DNA of 63,045 nucleotides, counting the filler, from Reclinomonas americana ATCC 50394 (Eukaryota): NCBI GenBank assembly GCA_048213135.1. It is 17 parts of 17 records of this genome, joined end to end, with 100 filler letters (N's around TTAATTAATTAA, not from the genome) between each part and the next. Parts side by side here need not be neighbours in the genome. Positions count along the whole stretch, not along the records: positions 1 to 5,173 come from AFZH01022507.1; positions 5,274 to 10,676 come from AFZH01022508.1; 15 more parts are not named here. One strand, 5' to 3'. Shown one piece after another: positions 1 to 9,709 of this stretch. The stretch's first letter is position 1, and each line of letters starts with the position of its first letter. Under the pieces are notes generated by a model. That model made no database searches. It worked only from the letters and a program-made list of their open reading frames with translations, and was not told the origin of the DNA. A program made the position numbers and the translations under genes.

Positions 1-312
1 GCAAAATGTGAGTGCTCTCTCTGTCTCTACTCTCTCTGTGCATGTGCTGCTCTCTTGTAGTGTGTGCGCAAGCGCTCAGTACGTGCGTGTGTGTGAGAGA
101 GAGTGTGACCATGACCATCCATCAAAACGCGCGCGCACAGACACGCACACAGGCAGGAAGACAACAGGAGATTCATACGTACATACACATGTGTGTACTC
201 TCTCACAGTGCGCACACACTTGCACGCGCACTCGCTCACACAGAGAGAGAGACAACTCGCGCCAAAAACGCATGCAACACAGAGACACTAATAAGAGAAA
301 TAGAGACGCAAC

Positions 313-355
313 TGCGCTGGGCGCGGGTTGTCGAGGCAACAGTCTCAATCTTCAT
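313..355 (-). CDS. RUVBL1: RuvB-like helicase 1 (pontin), first coding exon only; the rest runs off the window start
   Basis: ATG at 355 gives MKIETVASTTRAQR, closely matching the pontin N-terminus MKIEEVKSTTKTQR. It is followed by a GTTGCG donor at 312. No downstream exon was identified. Confidence 0.5.
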
Positions 356-520
356 GTTAAGCAGTGAGTGAGTGAGAGTGCGTGTGTGTGTGCGCGCGTG
401 AGTATGTTGGAGGTTTGGTGATGCACTCCGTCGGCTGGAATGGGCAGGTGGATTGTGCCATTCCACACGTCTTTGTGGTCCTTTGTCGCGTTTTGACAGC
501 AACGACGACGACGACGACGA

Positions 521-986
521 ATGGCGACTAAGCGGTTATCCGGGCTGCAACGAGAAGTGATCACACTCTACCGCGATTGCATTCGCGCAGTAAGAACAAA
601 GGTGCGTTTTCACTCTCAGTCACACACACTCTCCTGTTCTCTCTCCCCCCTCTCTCTCTCCCATCTCTCTCTCCCTCCTCGGATCCCCCTCTCCCCTCTC
701 TCGCTTCCTCTTCTCTTCACGATCATCGCCGGAGTTGTCCACGGAGTTTTTTCTCTCTCATGACTGCGTGGATCGCTCACACACACACACGCAGGGCCAG
801 TTCGGCTCCCCCTTACCCTCGCCACTGCTCGTGTACGTGCGCGATCAGTTCGCGCAATATCGCGATTTGCATGCGCGACGCGATGTGGAGCTCATTGAGC
901 ACTACTTGCGACGCGGGAGGCGACAACTGCAGATTTTGTCACGGCCAGGCACGCAGACAGTGTCGGTCGCTACTGTCAAGCGATGA
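521..986 (+). CDS. SDHAF1: Succinate dehydrogenase assembly factor 1 (Sdh6, LYR family), 2 exons (521-601, 795-986)
   Basis: MATKRLSGLQREVITLYRDCIRAVRTK|GQFGSP...YVRDQF...IEHYLRRGRRQL. The RLSGLQxEVxxLYR and IEHxLRxG motifs are typical of Sdh6/SDHAF1. GT-AG intron at 602-794. Confidence 0.9.
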
Positions 987-1036
987 GCGAGAGGCGGCGC
1001 AAATGAAGACGCCTTCCTCGACACAGATATATTTTT

Positions 1037-1216
1037 TTATTGCATGCGCTCACCCTGACTGCCGCGCCCGTTCTTGCGCCAGTCGTCGCGGTCGACGTTG
1101 CCTGACTCGTTGTTGTCGATGTTGCGTTGCTTGTTGTTGCTGTCGCCGTTGTCGTCACGCTTCTTCGCCTTGGCGTTTGCGTCGCCGTCGCCCAGTTGGT
1201 GAAGATTGCGGAACAT
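1037..1216 (-). CDS. Small hydrophilic protein (59 aa, N/D/K/R/G-rich)
   Basis: Read manually: MFRNLHQLGDGDANAKAKKRDDNGDSNNKQRNIDNNESGNVDRDDWRKNGRGSQGERMQ*. It is below the ORF-track cutoff. Confidence 0.5.
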   Translation of the reverse strand: MFRNLHQLGDGDANAKAKKRDDNGDSNNKQRNIDNNESGNVDRDDWRKNGRGSQGERMQ

Positions 1217-1392
1217 TGGACTCGGGTGCCTCAGGTTCGTTCACTCCTATCCCTTTCTCTTCGTTGCGTGTGATAAACTGAACGGTGTGTGCTCACTCTC
1301 GTCAGGTACGAGAAAAGATAAACGACTTTACGCACAACCACGAAAGTGACACGAAGGAATCGATTCTCGCGAAACCGACGCGGCCTTGCGGT

Positions 1393-1626
1393 CTACTTGA
1401 AGGCCTCCTCCTGGCCGCCGACACTGCCCGGTGCCAGTTGTGCCTTCAGCGGATCAATGTCTGCTGGGGCGGACTTGGCGAGGGACAGCGGCTGAAATCC
1501 AAGTGGCTCCTCGACGCCGCTGCTGCTGACGATCGGCCCGATGGTTTTCGTCTCCGTCTCCTTCAGCACCTTCTCGTACACTTTGGCCACGTACGGTGAC
1601 ACAAGAGGATCTTCGTGCTTCTCCAT
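1393..1626 (-). CDS. Small hypothetical protein (77 aa)
   Basis: ATG-to-stop ORF MEKHEDPLVSPYVAKVYEKVLKETE... with GC-rich coding-like composition, flanked by AT-richer spacers. Confidence 0.55.
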   Translation of the reverse strand: MEKHEDPLVSPYVAKVYEKVLKETETKTIGPIVSSSGVEEPLGFQPLSLAKSAPADIDPLKAQLAPGSVGGQEEAFK

Positions 1627-1707
1627 TCTCTCTCACACACAGTGGACTGTCTCGTCAGTTTTTTATTCCACAGACTCGCAATACCAGGGCGAATCGATTC
1701 CCCACGA

Positions 1708-2148
1708 TCAATGCTCACTGATGTTCTGGTCGACCTCGTCGCCACCGACGTATTCGTCGTCACCGGCTTCTTTGTTGTCGCCGGTCTCCCCCGTCGTACT
1801 CACGGTGGTTGTGGTGGTCGCCGACGCCGGCTTTCGGCGGCGGCGCAGCACGCTGCGGGGCACACTCGCCGGCACCACCATCTTGCTGATCGGCTCAGCA
1901 GCCTCCATGGCCAGCAGCGCATCGTATACTTGCTCCGACGCGCTGTGCTTGAACGAGTCCTCCTCCATGTTGCCGGTGGGGTCTCGTGCCAGTGCCTGGG
2001 TGAACTCGCGCTGATTCGTGCGTCGTTGCAGCAGCACTGGTTCCGTGTGCGAACGATGCTTCGAGTCGACAGGGTCCCGTCGCGGCGCACGGCCCACCAG
2101 ACCGAGTCTCTCGCCGTCTTTCACAGTTGTGGGGTGTGCCTTTTCCAT
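1708..2148 (-). CDS. Hydrophilic, likely disordered hypothetical protein (146 aa)
   Basis: ATG ORF MEKAHPTTVKDGE...; charged, no Cys. Confidence 0.55.
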   Translation of the reverse strand: MEKAHPTTVKDGERLGLVGRAPRRDPVDSKHRSHTEPVLLQRRTNQREFTQALARDPTGNMEEDSFKHSASEQVYDALLAMEAAEPISKMVVPASVPRSVLRRRRKPASATTTTTVSTTGETGDNKEAGDDEYVGGDEVDQNISEH

Positions 2149-2323
2149 CGCTCTTGCTGTGTTTTATTAACCGGAAGAAATGCAGATGGATGTCGCGACG
2201 ACCAGCACATTCACCACTTGAGGTTTGCGCTCCTCCCAACACAACATTGCTTCCCACTATGTAACGCCCTTTTCGTACACTCGATGATCTTTCACTCTCG
2301 TCGCACTCACTGCGCATGCTCGA

Positions 2324-2485
2324 CTAGGACTCTTGCTGCTGCTCCGGTGGTGTAGCCTGTGCATGCGCCTCGCGGTCGTCGGTGGTGGCGCTGTTGCCAC
2401 CAGAACCGCCACCGTATTCCCGCACCACATCAGTGCCCTCCGACTGTTCGCCGACAGTCTCCTGCACGGGGACCTCACTTTGCAT
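2324..2485 (-). CDS. Small acidic hydrophilic protein (53 aa)
   Basis: Read manually: MQSEVPVQETVGEQSEGTDVVREYGGGSGGNSATTDDREAHAQATPPEQQQES*. Confidence 0.45.
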   Translation of the reverse strand: MQSEVPVQETVGEQSEGTDVVREYGGGSGGNSATTDDREAHAQATPPEQQQES

Positions 2486-2600
2486 GGCGCCTGCGTGCGA
2501 TTGTTATGCGGTAAAACAACGACGACAACTTGTCCCAGCAGCATCTGTCGGGGGTTCTTCATTCTCTTCTCTTTTTACATGGACTATTTTCTGTGCTTCT

Positions 2601-3050
2601 TCAGAGGCCGAGGTTGCCACCACCACCGGCTCCTCCTGTGCCAGTGCCGACACCCATGCCACTGGTGTTGCCCGTCGAGCTGCCCGTCTGCGGCACGCTC
2701 ACACCACTGCCACCAGTCGTGCCCCACTCTTTCGAGCCCGGATCCTGTCCCGACACGGCACGCGGGTCGCTGCCAGCGGCCTCTTGGAATGCGCCACGCG
2801 TCGACGGATCTTTGAACTCGGTGCCCGGCTTGCGACCGGTCTCCGAGCTGCGCTCACGCATGCCACTGGTGGGCACCGACGGGTTGTCGAGGCCACCGCC
2901 ACCACCAGTGGCGATTTCAGAGCCACCGAGGCCAGTGGTGGTGGTGGGGCCGAAGGTGCCGCGGACATCACTGCCCTGCTGCTTCTGTTGCTGCTGCATC
3001 TTGCCACCGCGGTCGCGTCCCGTCTGAGTTGTCTCTTGTCCCTGCTGCAT
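2601..3050 (-). CDS. Gly/Thr/Gln-rich hydrophilin-like protein (149 aa)
   Basis: ATG ORF MQQGQETTQTGRDRGGK...; Gly-rich, no Cys. Confidence 0.65.
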   Translation of the reverse strand: MQQGQETTQTGRDRGGKMQQQQKQQGSDVRGTFGPTTTTGLGGSEIATGGGGGLDNPSVPTSGMRERSSETGRKPGTEFKDPSTRGAFQEAAGSDPRAVSGQDPGSKEWGTTGGSGVSVPQTGSSTGNTSGMGVGTGTGGAGGGGNLGL

Positions 3051-3211
3051 TGTCTCACCGTGCGGATGTTTGGTTCTCCTCTCTCTCTCGCGTGCAGATA
3101 TTAAGCAAAGATCCTGTCTGCCACACGGAATCGACCTTCATTCTTGTTCATAACTACACTCTGCTCTCACCAGTTTTTCTTGCAAAGATTCTGAGATGCT
3201 GTTCGGAATCC

Positions 3212-3664
3212 TCACGTGATGTACGGCTGGGCACCGCCGCGCCCGTCGCCACTCACCACGTGCGCCAGTGGGTTGCCACCCCCACCCGACTGCTGGAAGA
3301 GGGCGGCTTTGTTCATCACCGCGTTGTCCACAGAGTGCCCGCCGGTCGTGTGTTGCGTGCCAAGAGTGGCGCGCAAGTCGTCTCCCCCCTCTTGCTCCTC
3401 TGACTGCACCTGAGTGATCGGAGCGCCGTACATGTCGGCGATCCCCGGTCCCATATCGGTGCCGTGAATGCGTCCAATGTGCGACTCGGCGCCTCCAGGC
3501 AGCGGGTGAGGGTGACCGAGACCAGGAGTCGACAGCAGCGACGTCAGACTCGGTTGCGCCTGGGCGGCCTCCACTCGTGTGTCGTGCTTCTCCTCCTCTT
3601 TGGACGGGGCCACGGAGGTGCTACTCATCTTCTTCTTCTGCGAATCGCTCCCTTGGTGAGACAT
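3212..3664 (-). CDS. Hydrophilin-like disordered protein (about 150 aa)
   Basis: First ATG at 3664: MSHQGSDSQKKKMSST...GGAQPYIT*; rich in G/S/Q/H, no Cys. Confidence 0.6.
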   Translation of the reverse strand: MSHQGSDSQKKKMSSTSVAPSKEEEKHDTRVEAAQAQPSLTSLLSTPGLGHPHPLPGGAESHIGRIHGTDMGPGIADMYGAPITQVQSEEQEGGDDLRATLGTQHTTGGHSVDNAVMNKAALFQQSGGGGNPLAHVVSGDGRGGAQPYIT

Positions 3665-3810
3665 TGTCGCGCGCTCTGTATTGCACAAACAAATCGGAAC
3701 TTGGGGTACAGGCGAATGTCGATCGAATTCACCAACAACAACATTCATTGAATGTCTCTCTTCTTTCTCTTTCTCTCCTCGCTTTTCAGTGCAGCAAGTG
3801 CGCCGCAGGA

Positions 3811-4164
3811 CTACGTGCTGGCTGTGGTGGTGGAACGCCGTTGCACTGATGGATTGTTGTCGCCGCCGCCACCAGCGGACGTCGGCTGCGGTTTTGTCGT
3901 GCGCTCGGTGCCAGCCTTCGCCTGCGTCTCCGTCTGCTGCTGGCCCTGCTTTCGACCCTGCTTCTTCTTGCCGGTGCTGAACTGGGGCAGCCCGGTCACC
4001 GGAGTGGCGGTCAGATCCTCCACAAACGTCGGTGGTTGCAGAACCGAGTTGTTGGGCACGTCGCTGGCGTCTTTCAGCACGCCACCAGTCTCCCGTCGCA
4101 GCTGTCGAATCTGCTCACTGATCGACATGCCGACGCGGTGTTGGCGGGTGGTCTTCTTCTTCAT
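3811..4164 (-). CDS. Basic hydrophilic hypothetical protein (about 117 aa)
   Basis: MKKKTTRQHRVGMSISEQIRQLRRETGG...; alternative start at MSISEQ. Confidence 0.5.
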   Translation of the reverse strand: MKKKTTRQHRVGMSISEQIRQLRRETGGVLKDASDVPNNSVLQPPTFVEDLTATPVTGLPQFSTGKKKQGRKQGQQQTETQAKAGTERTTKPQPTSAGGGGDNNPSVQRRSTTTAST

Positions 4165-4626
4165 CTTCTCTCTTGCGTAACAGTTTGTGTGTTGTGTGAG
4201 TGCTGAAGTCGTCTCGACAGCACCCACGACAACGACGAGAGAGCTCGAAAGAATCATTCACTTTGAATGGCCAGGGAATATATCCTTGAGCGTTTTTGGC
4301 TCTTGCGGTGCATCCACGCGTAGCATATGCATGCGCAGCGCAACCAAAACTTCTGCAAAACAATCAAAAACACTTCATTCACCACCGACAAAACGACCAC
4401 AGATCCCTTCCCGACAATGACCTTGGTACTGCAAGCAAGGATGCCATAATACGTGCATCCACTAACCGCAGCACATCTCTGTTTCTGTGTTGCATGCTTG
4501 TCAGCTTCATAAGAATCACCTGTGCGACCACCATGCAAGCAGAGAATCAATTGCAACCAGTTTTCACTCGCTATTCAATATCCCTTCTCTTCACCGCTGC
4601 ACTGATGTCGCTTGCACCTGACATCA

Positions 4627-5019
4627 TCACACATCGCTAGAGTCCTCCGTAGTCGAGTCGCGCGCGGTCGACTGCTCCTCACCGACCACTTGCTCGTCAC
4701 CACCACCACTGCCGACATCTCGCCCTCCCTGCCCTTGCGTTGCCTCCTGCTCGGCGAGCAGGCGATGCTGGCGCGAAGCGTGCGGATCGGCAGCGTTGTG
4801 GGGCTTGGCTTCCAGGTGATGATGCAGGCGGCCGGCCGAGAGGATCGAGGGCGGGTTCTCCTGCTGCTCGTGAGTGCGAACAGCCGACTTATCGTGAGCA
4901 AACGCACGCTGATCCCACTGATTGTGGTCCGCCTTTTGTCGTTGCTGGCCTGAGGTGAAGGCGGTCTGCTGCTCGCCTGGTGCCTGGCTATGCTGCGAGT
5001 CGTGGTAACGGCGTTGCAT
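4627..5019 (-). CDS. Gln/His-rich hydrophilin-like protein (about 130 aa)
   Basis: ATG at 5019: MQRRYHDSQHSQAPGEQQ...DSSDV*; no Cys. Confidence 0.6.
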   Translation of the reverse strand: MQRRYHDSQHSQAPGEQQTAFTSGQQRQKADHNQWDQRAFAHDKSAVRTHEQQENPPSILSAGRLHHHLEAKPHNAADPHASRQHRLLAEQEATQGQGGRDVGSGGGDEQVVGEEQSTARDSTTEDSSDV

Positions 5020-5104
5020 TGTATATTCTCTCGCTCTCTCTCTCTCAATGTTGACAGTGGGTGTCGTCTGGACAACAAACGACGGAGCAGATGCAAAGAT
5101 TCCA

Positions 5105-5173
<69 letters not shown>

Positions 5174-5273
5174 NNNNNNNNNNNNNNNNNNNNNNNNNNN
5201 NNNNNNNNNNNNNNNNNTTAATTAATTAANNNNNNNNNNNNNNNNNNNNNNNNNNNNNNNNNNNNNNNNNNNN
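5174..5273. other. Artificial scaffold linker (N run, TTAATTAATTAA, N run). 16 copies, at about 5174, 10677, 14929, 20924, 27885, 29447, 30811, 32447, 38288, 41613, 44429, 47822, 49615, 54255, 57738 and 60646
   Basis: Identical 100-nt blocks carrying stops in all six frames; genes continue across several of them. Confidence 0.97.
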
Positions 5274-5280
5274 GTATGTT

Positions 5281-5852
5281 TGCACCAGCAGCAGCAGTCG
5301 GAGAGCCAGCGCTCGGGAGTGAGTAGTGCTTCTGCGTCGTGCAATTATTCTCTCTCTTTTGGCGGTGGTGCTAACACAAAATGTGCCCCCTCACGCAGGT
5401 CCAGTCGGGATTGGGCCAGCAGGGCAAGCAGGGTGACATTGGATCGGTGAGTGCTTGGTGCTGTGCTTGCGTGCCCACCACACAAAACACTCGCAGCCGT
5501 CGAGTCTCACCACTACCAATACTTTGCACGTCTGCAGAAGCAGGGACTTGGCCAGTCGGGCCAGACTGGCAGCACCTTTGGCCAGAGTGGCCAGCAGGGC
5601 CAGCAGGGACTCGGACAGTCGGGCCAGACTGGAAGCACATTTGGCCAGAGCGGCCAGAGCGTCCAGAGTGGCCAGCAGGGCTGGCAGCAGGGCCAGACTG
5701 GACTGTCGGGCGAATCAGGACAATTCAGCAAGGGCGTGAGCAGCGACATCAGCAGTGGCCAGCAGCAGCAGGGCCAGCAGCGCTCGAGTGACATCAGCAG
5801 CGGCCAACAGCGCTCCAGCGATGTGAGCGGCGACATTGGCCGCCGCAGCTGA
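5281..5852 (+). CDS. Gly/Gln/Ser repeat protein (hydrophilin-like), multi-exon, 5' end in gap
   Basis: Tandem peptide repeats GLGQSGQTGSTFGQSGQ (x2) and SSDISSGQQ (x2-3). Short upstream exons have GTGAGT donors. TGA at 5850-5852. Confidence 0.65.
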
Positions 5853-6550
5853 ACGCTGCCGAGTGGAGTCGGCCTCTGGCACCGGCGGCCGAACCGACCA
5901 CCGCCACCGCGTCGGCCAGCTGTGGCGTCGCCGTCCACACCCGTGCCAGGAGCTCCCATTGTAGAGGAGGGCTAGAGGGGATGATTAGAGTCTAGAGAGA
6001 AGAAGAATGAGGGAATGCAGCCCACACTTGCTGCCCGAGCCGGTATTGCTTGGGGCAGGTGGGCGAGGGAGAAAAAATGAACAAGCAGCAGCTGCTGTGC
6101 CAACAAACTAATCTCGATCTGCTGTTCACGGCAGCTGTACATTGCATGCATGCAAGGCAGTCACTCGAGCTCGTAATCAGTCTTTGCTGAGCGGAGCGTC
6201 GGCCACACTGGTCATTTGTTGTCGTCGCCCAAAGAAGCCTTGCGCTGCAGCGCACAAAGTGCTAGCACCACATACAGGAGGGCACAACGCTCTCTGCTCC
6301 AATGTCATGTGCGATCTTGATGGCGAAAAATATTTTTGATTGGTCACTGACAATATCAATTGTAACCTCCTCGAAGAAGTGCAGTGGTCACACTTCCACC
6401 AGTGTGTCCACTATGGAGAGCACCTATCGTTCAACCATCCACCGCGTCACTGACTGATGAAACCAAGTGTGCGGGGCTGACCACTGTTGTCTTCATTTTC
6501 TCTCTCTCCGATTCTCCATGCTCCATCGCGATTCTTCTTGTCGCTCTCCA

Positions 6551-7006
6551 TCACTGGCCTCCCGTGTTCTGCTCGTCGCCTCCAAGTACCTGCTGGCGCT
6601 CGCGCTCGGTGTGCCCCTCCGGCTGTCCCAGCCGCTCGCCGAGACCGGCGTGCCGAACTTCGCTCTCCACCAATCCGCGTGAGGATGGATCTTGACCCAC
6701 GCCCTGCTGGTGCTCCGTGACAGTGCCAGGCCACACGCCCTTTCCTTGCTCGGCACCCTGCTGCCACTTGGTCGCATGCTGCCGCTCGGTGAACTTGCCG
6801 CGTTTCTGGCCCGACTGCATGCGCTGACCGGCGTCAAACTGCACGCGCTCCTCCTGCGGATCCGCTCCCAGCAGGCGATCCTGCGCCTTGCCCTCACTCT
6901 GCTCGTGTTGCGTGAGGGTGCGTCGCTGCTCCTGCTGCGCCTCGATATGCTGTCGATCCAGGTCGCCGGTCTCGCGCCGCGCCTGCGCCGAGGCTCTGGT
7001 GCTCAT
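6551..7006 (-). CDS. Gln/Glu/Arg/Gly-rich hydrophilin or LEA-like protein (about 151 aa)
   Basis: ATG at 7006: MSTRASAQARRETGDLDRQHIEAQQEQRR...; probable 5'UTR intron upstream; no Cys. Confidence 0.65.
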   Translation of the reverse strand: MSTRASAQARRETGDLDRQHIEAQQEQRRTLTQHEQSEGKAQDRLLGADPQEERVQFDAGQRMQSGQKRGKFTERQHATKWQQGAEQGKGVWPGTVTEHQQGVGQDPSSRGLVESEVRHAGLGERLGQPEGHTERERQQVLGGDEQNTGGQ

Positions 7007-7325
7007 GCGGTGGGATCCGGAAGACACCTGCCTGCTGAGTCACCATCCTCATTAAACTAATTAACATTCGCCAACACTACACCACCACCACCGGCATCCA
7101 ATCTCACTGCAACGCGAACGCCATACCTCTCTCGTTGCTCGATGATATAAACCGGTTGTGAAAGGAATCGATAAAACGAGGATCTCCGTCGAGCAAAGTT
7201 GTCCAATGGTTGGCAAAACATTCACGACTCGTTCATTGTTGCCTTTTCCTCCTCTCTGACAAGGGGAAGCAGCTCAACGCCACTGGTCGTTGTTGATGTC
7301 CGCGTCGCTTGTGCTTCCGTACTCG

Positions 7326-7718
7326 CTACTGATTTCCGCGGCCACCCATTCCCTCTCGGCGCTGCTGTGCTCCCTCCTGCTGTCCTCCACCTCCGACCTG
7401 CTGGCGGCCCTGCTGCTGCTGCTGTGAAATGCCACCGGACTGGTGCTTGGCCGAAAGGTCAGACTGCTGCTGCTGCTGTCCGCGGTTCTGGTCGCCGCTC
7501 TGCATGACAGATGATCCGCGCTGCTGTCCGGATGCGGCCGACTCGAACGGGGCTCCTCCAGCCTGGGGATGGCGCTGCTGGGATTGGCTCGATCCCTTGC
7601 TACTGAGACTCTGCTCATGCGGCTGACCCGACTGGCGCTGCTGCTGCTGGCCACTCTGCTGCTGGCTCTCCTGCTGCTGCTGGCCGGAACCGATGTTCGA
7701 GGAGCGTTGAGACGACAT
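7326..7718 (-). CDS. Gln/Ser/Gly-rich disordered protein (130 aa)
   Basis: ATG ORF MSSQRSSNIGSGQQQQESQQ...; low complexity, no Cys. Confidence 0.65.
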   Translation of the reverse strand: MSSQRSSNIGSGQQQQESQQQSGQQQQRQSGQPHEQSLSSKGSSQSQQRHPQAGGAPFESAASGQQRGSSVMQSGDQNRGQQQQQSDLSAKHQSGGISQQQQQGRQQVGGGGQQEGAQQRREGMGGRGNQ

Positions 7719-8237
7719 GGTGATCTACAAGCACACAACATGGACGCACACACACACACTCAACATGAGGGCTTCACCGCGTGTGCACGCAGCGATAGAC
7801 AGGGAAAGGGGGTGTGGGTGGTGGTGGTGTGTGCTCGCCAAGCGTGTGCGCTGCGTGTGCGGTGCAACAAGACATACCGAAGGGAGGTTGTATTGGCTCA
7901 CGAAAAGGCAAGAAGAAAGGTGTCGATGGGCGCGGCGCTTTTGTGGAACAAGAGCGGTTCTTCCGGCTACTCTGTTCCACAAACACATCTTCCGGATCCG
8001 TTCGCGGTTCTCGTCGCTGTTCCACGAAAGAATCCCGACTCGCCGCTCCGGATCCGATGTGCACATGTAAACAACACACTCAACAAGAAGTATACATTAT
8101 TAATGCACGTGTACTCATGCAGATCAACACCACCACCACCACCACTCGCTGCGCTATTCACCCCTCTCGCTACGAGCCCGCCCATTATTTAACACCCATC
8201 CCCATTATCGTAATCGTCGTCAATTGTTGTCACGCTC

Positions 8238-9595
8238 TCATGACGGACCCAGTGGCGGCCGCGCACGATTGGATTCTGCGCCGACATTGTCGGCATTGAC
8301 AGCACTGTTTGACACGGGTCGTCGGCACATTTGCATGTGAGTCCGCGGATTCGGAAGCGTCGCGGAATCACTGGTGGCCGGCAGCGGAGGTGGTGGTGGT
8401 GGTGGTGGTTGCTGTTGTACAAGTGCGAGTGGTGGTGTTCCCGGCGTCGGCGTTATCGCCTCACCACACTGCGTGACAGCATCGCCTTCGCCCTCACCGC
8501 CGGCGGCGGCGTTGTCGCCATTGTCGGCGTCGGAGGCACACATCTCCGGATCAGATCCCGGTGCCGGTGGTGTGCTCACGGCGGCACGCCATTGCGCCAC
8601 TCGGTGCAACACGGCCACGTCGGGACATCGACTGGCGTGGGCCCGATCATGAACCTGCTTCACCTGCACGCTGAGCCACGGCGACGGTACCAGTGTTCCG
8701 TCGGCGGCGTAGTTTTCGTCGATTGTGTCGCCATCGCCGTCGGCGGCGGCACTGTCCATTGAGTCGCGCACCACCTCCGTCTCCGCCTCCGTGGGCACGA
8801 CACCCGCAGTGGTGGTACCGGTGGCGGCCATGGCTACAGCCGCCGCCGCAGTCAACACGGTGCGTTTCGAGAACGGAAACTGCGCAACCGAAATGCACTT
8901 GTGACTTCCGCTCCCCCCGATCAACGGCAACGGCAACACCCGCCGCGCCTCCTCGACCACCGCCGCCCGCTGCGCCGCCTCGCTAATGTCGCTGACATGC
9001 CGTCGCTCCGTACCGCAGTGCACCTGCATAAAGGTCGCTGCCGCCCGGTGCATATCCGACGCCCGCTGATTATCGGACATACTGGCCAGCGACGACAGCA
9101 ATTGTGCAAGTGGGTGCGCCGGGCCCATTGGCTGTGCCAGTGGCAACTGCATGTTCTTTTGTAGTCAGTGTCAAAGAAACATGAAAGGAGGATGAAGGCA
9201 AGAGGAGGGTGGGGAGGAGGAGGAGGAGGAGTAATCAATCGTACCATATCGATTACTTCAACGCGTGCCGAGGCGCGCATGGCTGCCAATTGAAACCCAG
9301 AAGTCCGCACACTCCGCACCGCCGATGGTGGATCGCGTGACGCCGATCGCGCCGAGTCCTTCTTCATGTGCGCAAACACCGCTGCCGCTGCTGGGTTGGT
9401 ATAGTTGTTGTTGCACAACGCCAGCGGAGGCAAAACGGTGGAGCGCGATTCACGATCAACAACAACCGCGGCTGCTTGTTGACTGTTGTGCACGTGGAGT
9501 TGCGTGGGCGGCAGACGCACACCCTCTGTGCAGTCGCGTGGCCCGACAATCGCCGTGTTGGAGTCTGTCCGCTGGCGTGGCGTCAGGCGAGGCAT
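8238..9595 (-). CDS. Hypothetical protein, at least 2 exons, divergent from IFT80
   Basis: ATG at 9595 (MPRLTPRQRTDS...), GTACG donor at about 9244, then a long ORF 9152-8238. No family recognised; 3' end uncertain. Confidence 0.5.
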
Positions 9596-9709
9596 ACCGA
9601 TGAGCAATGGGTCCCCCATCTTCTCTCGCACAAAAGCAGAGAAAACCGAATTGCGTGACTCATGGCGGCAACTGTCCCGTGTAACGTTTTCTCTCGCTCT
9701 ATCGACAAA

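Noticed and set aside
6020..6064. Imperfect GC-rich hairpin between convergent genes
   Set aside because: Short and imperfect, with no recognisable RNA family; plausible by chance.
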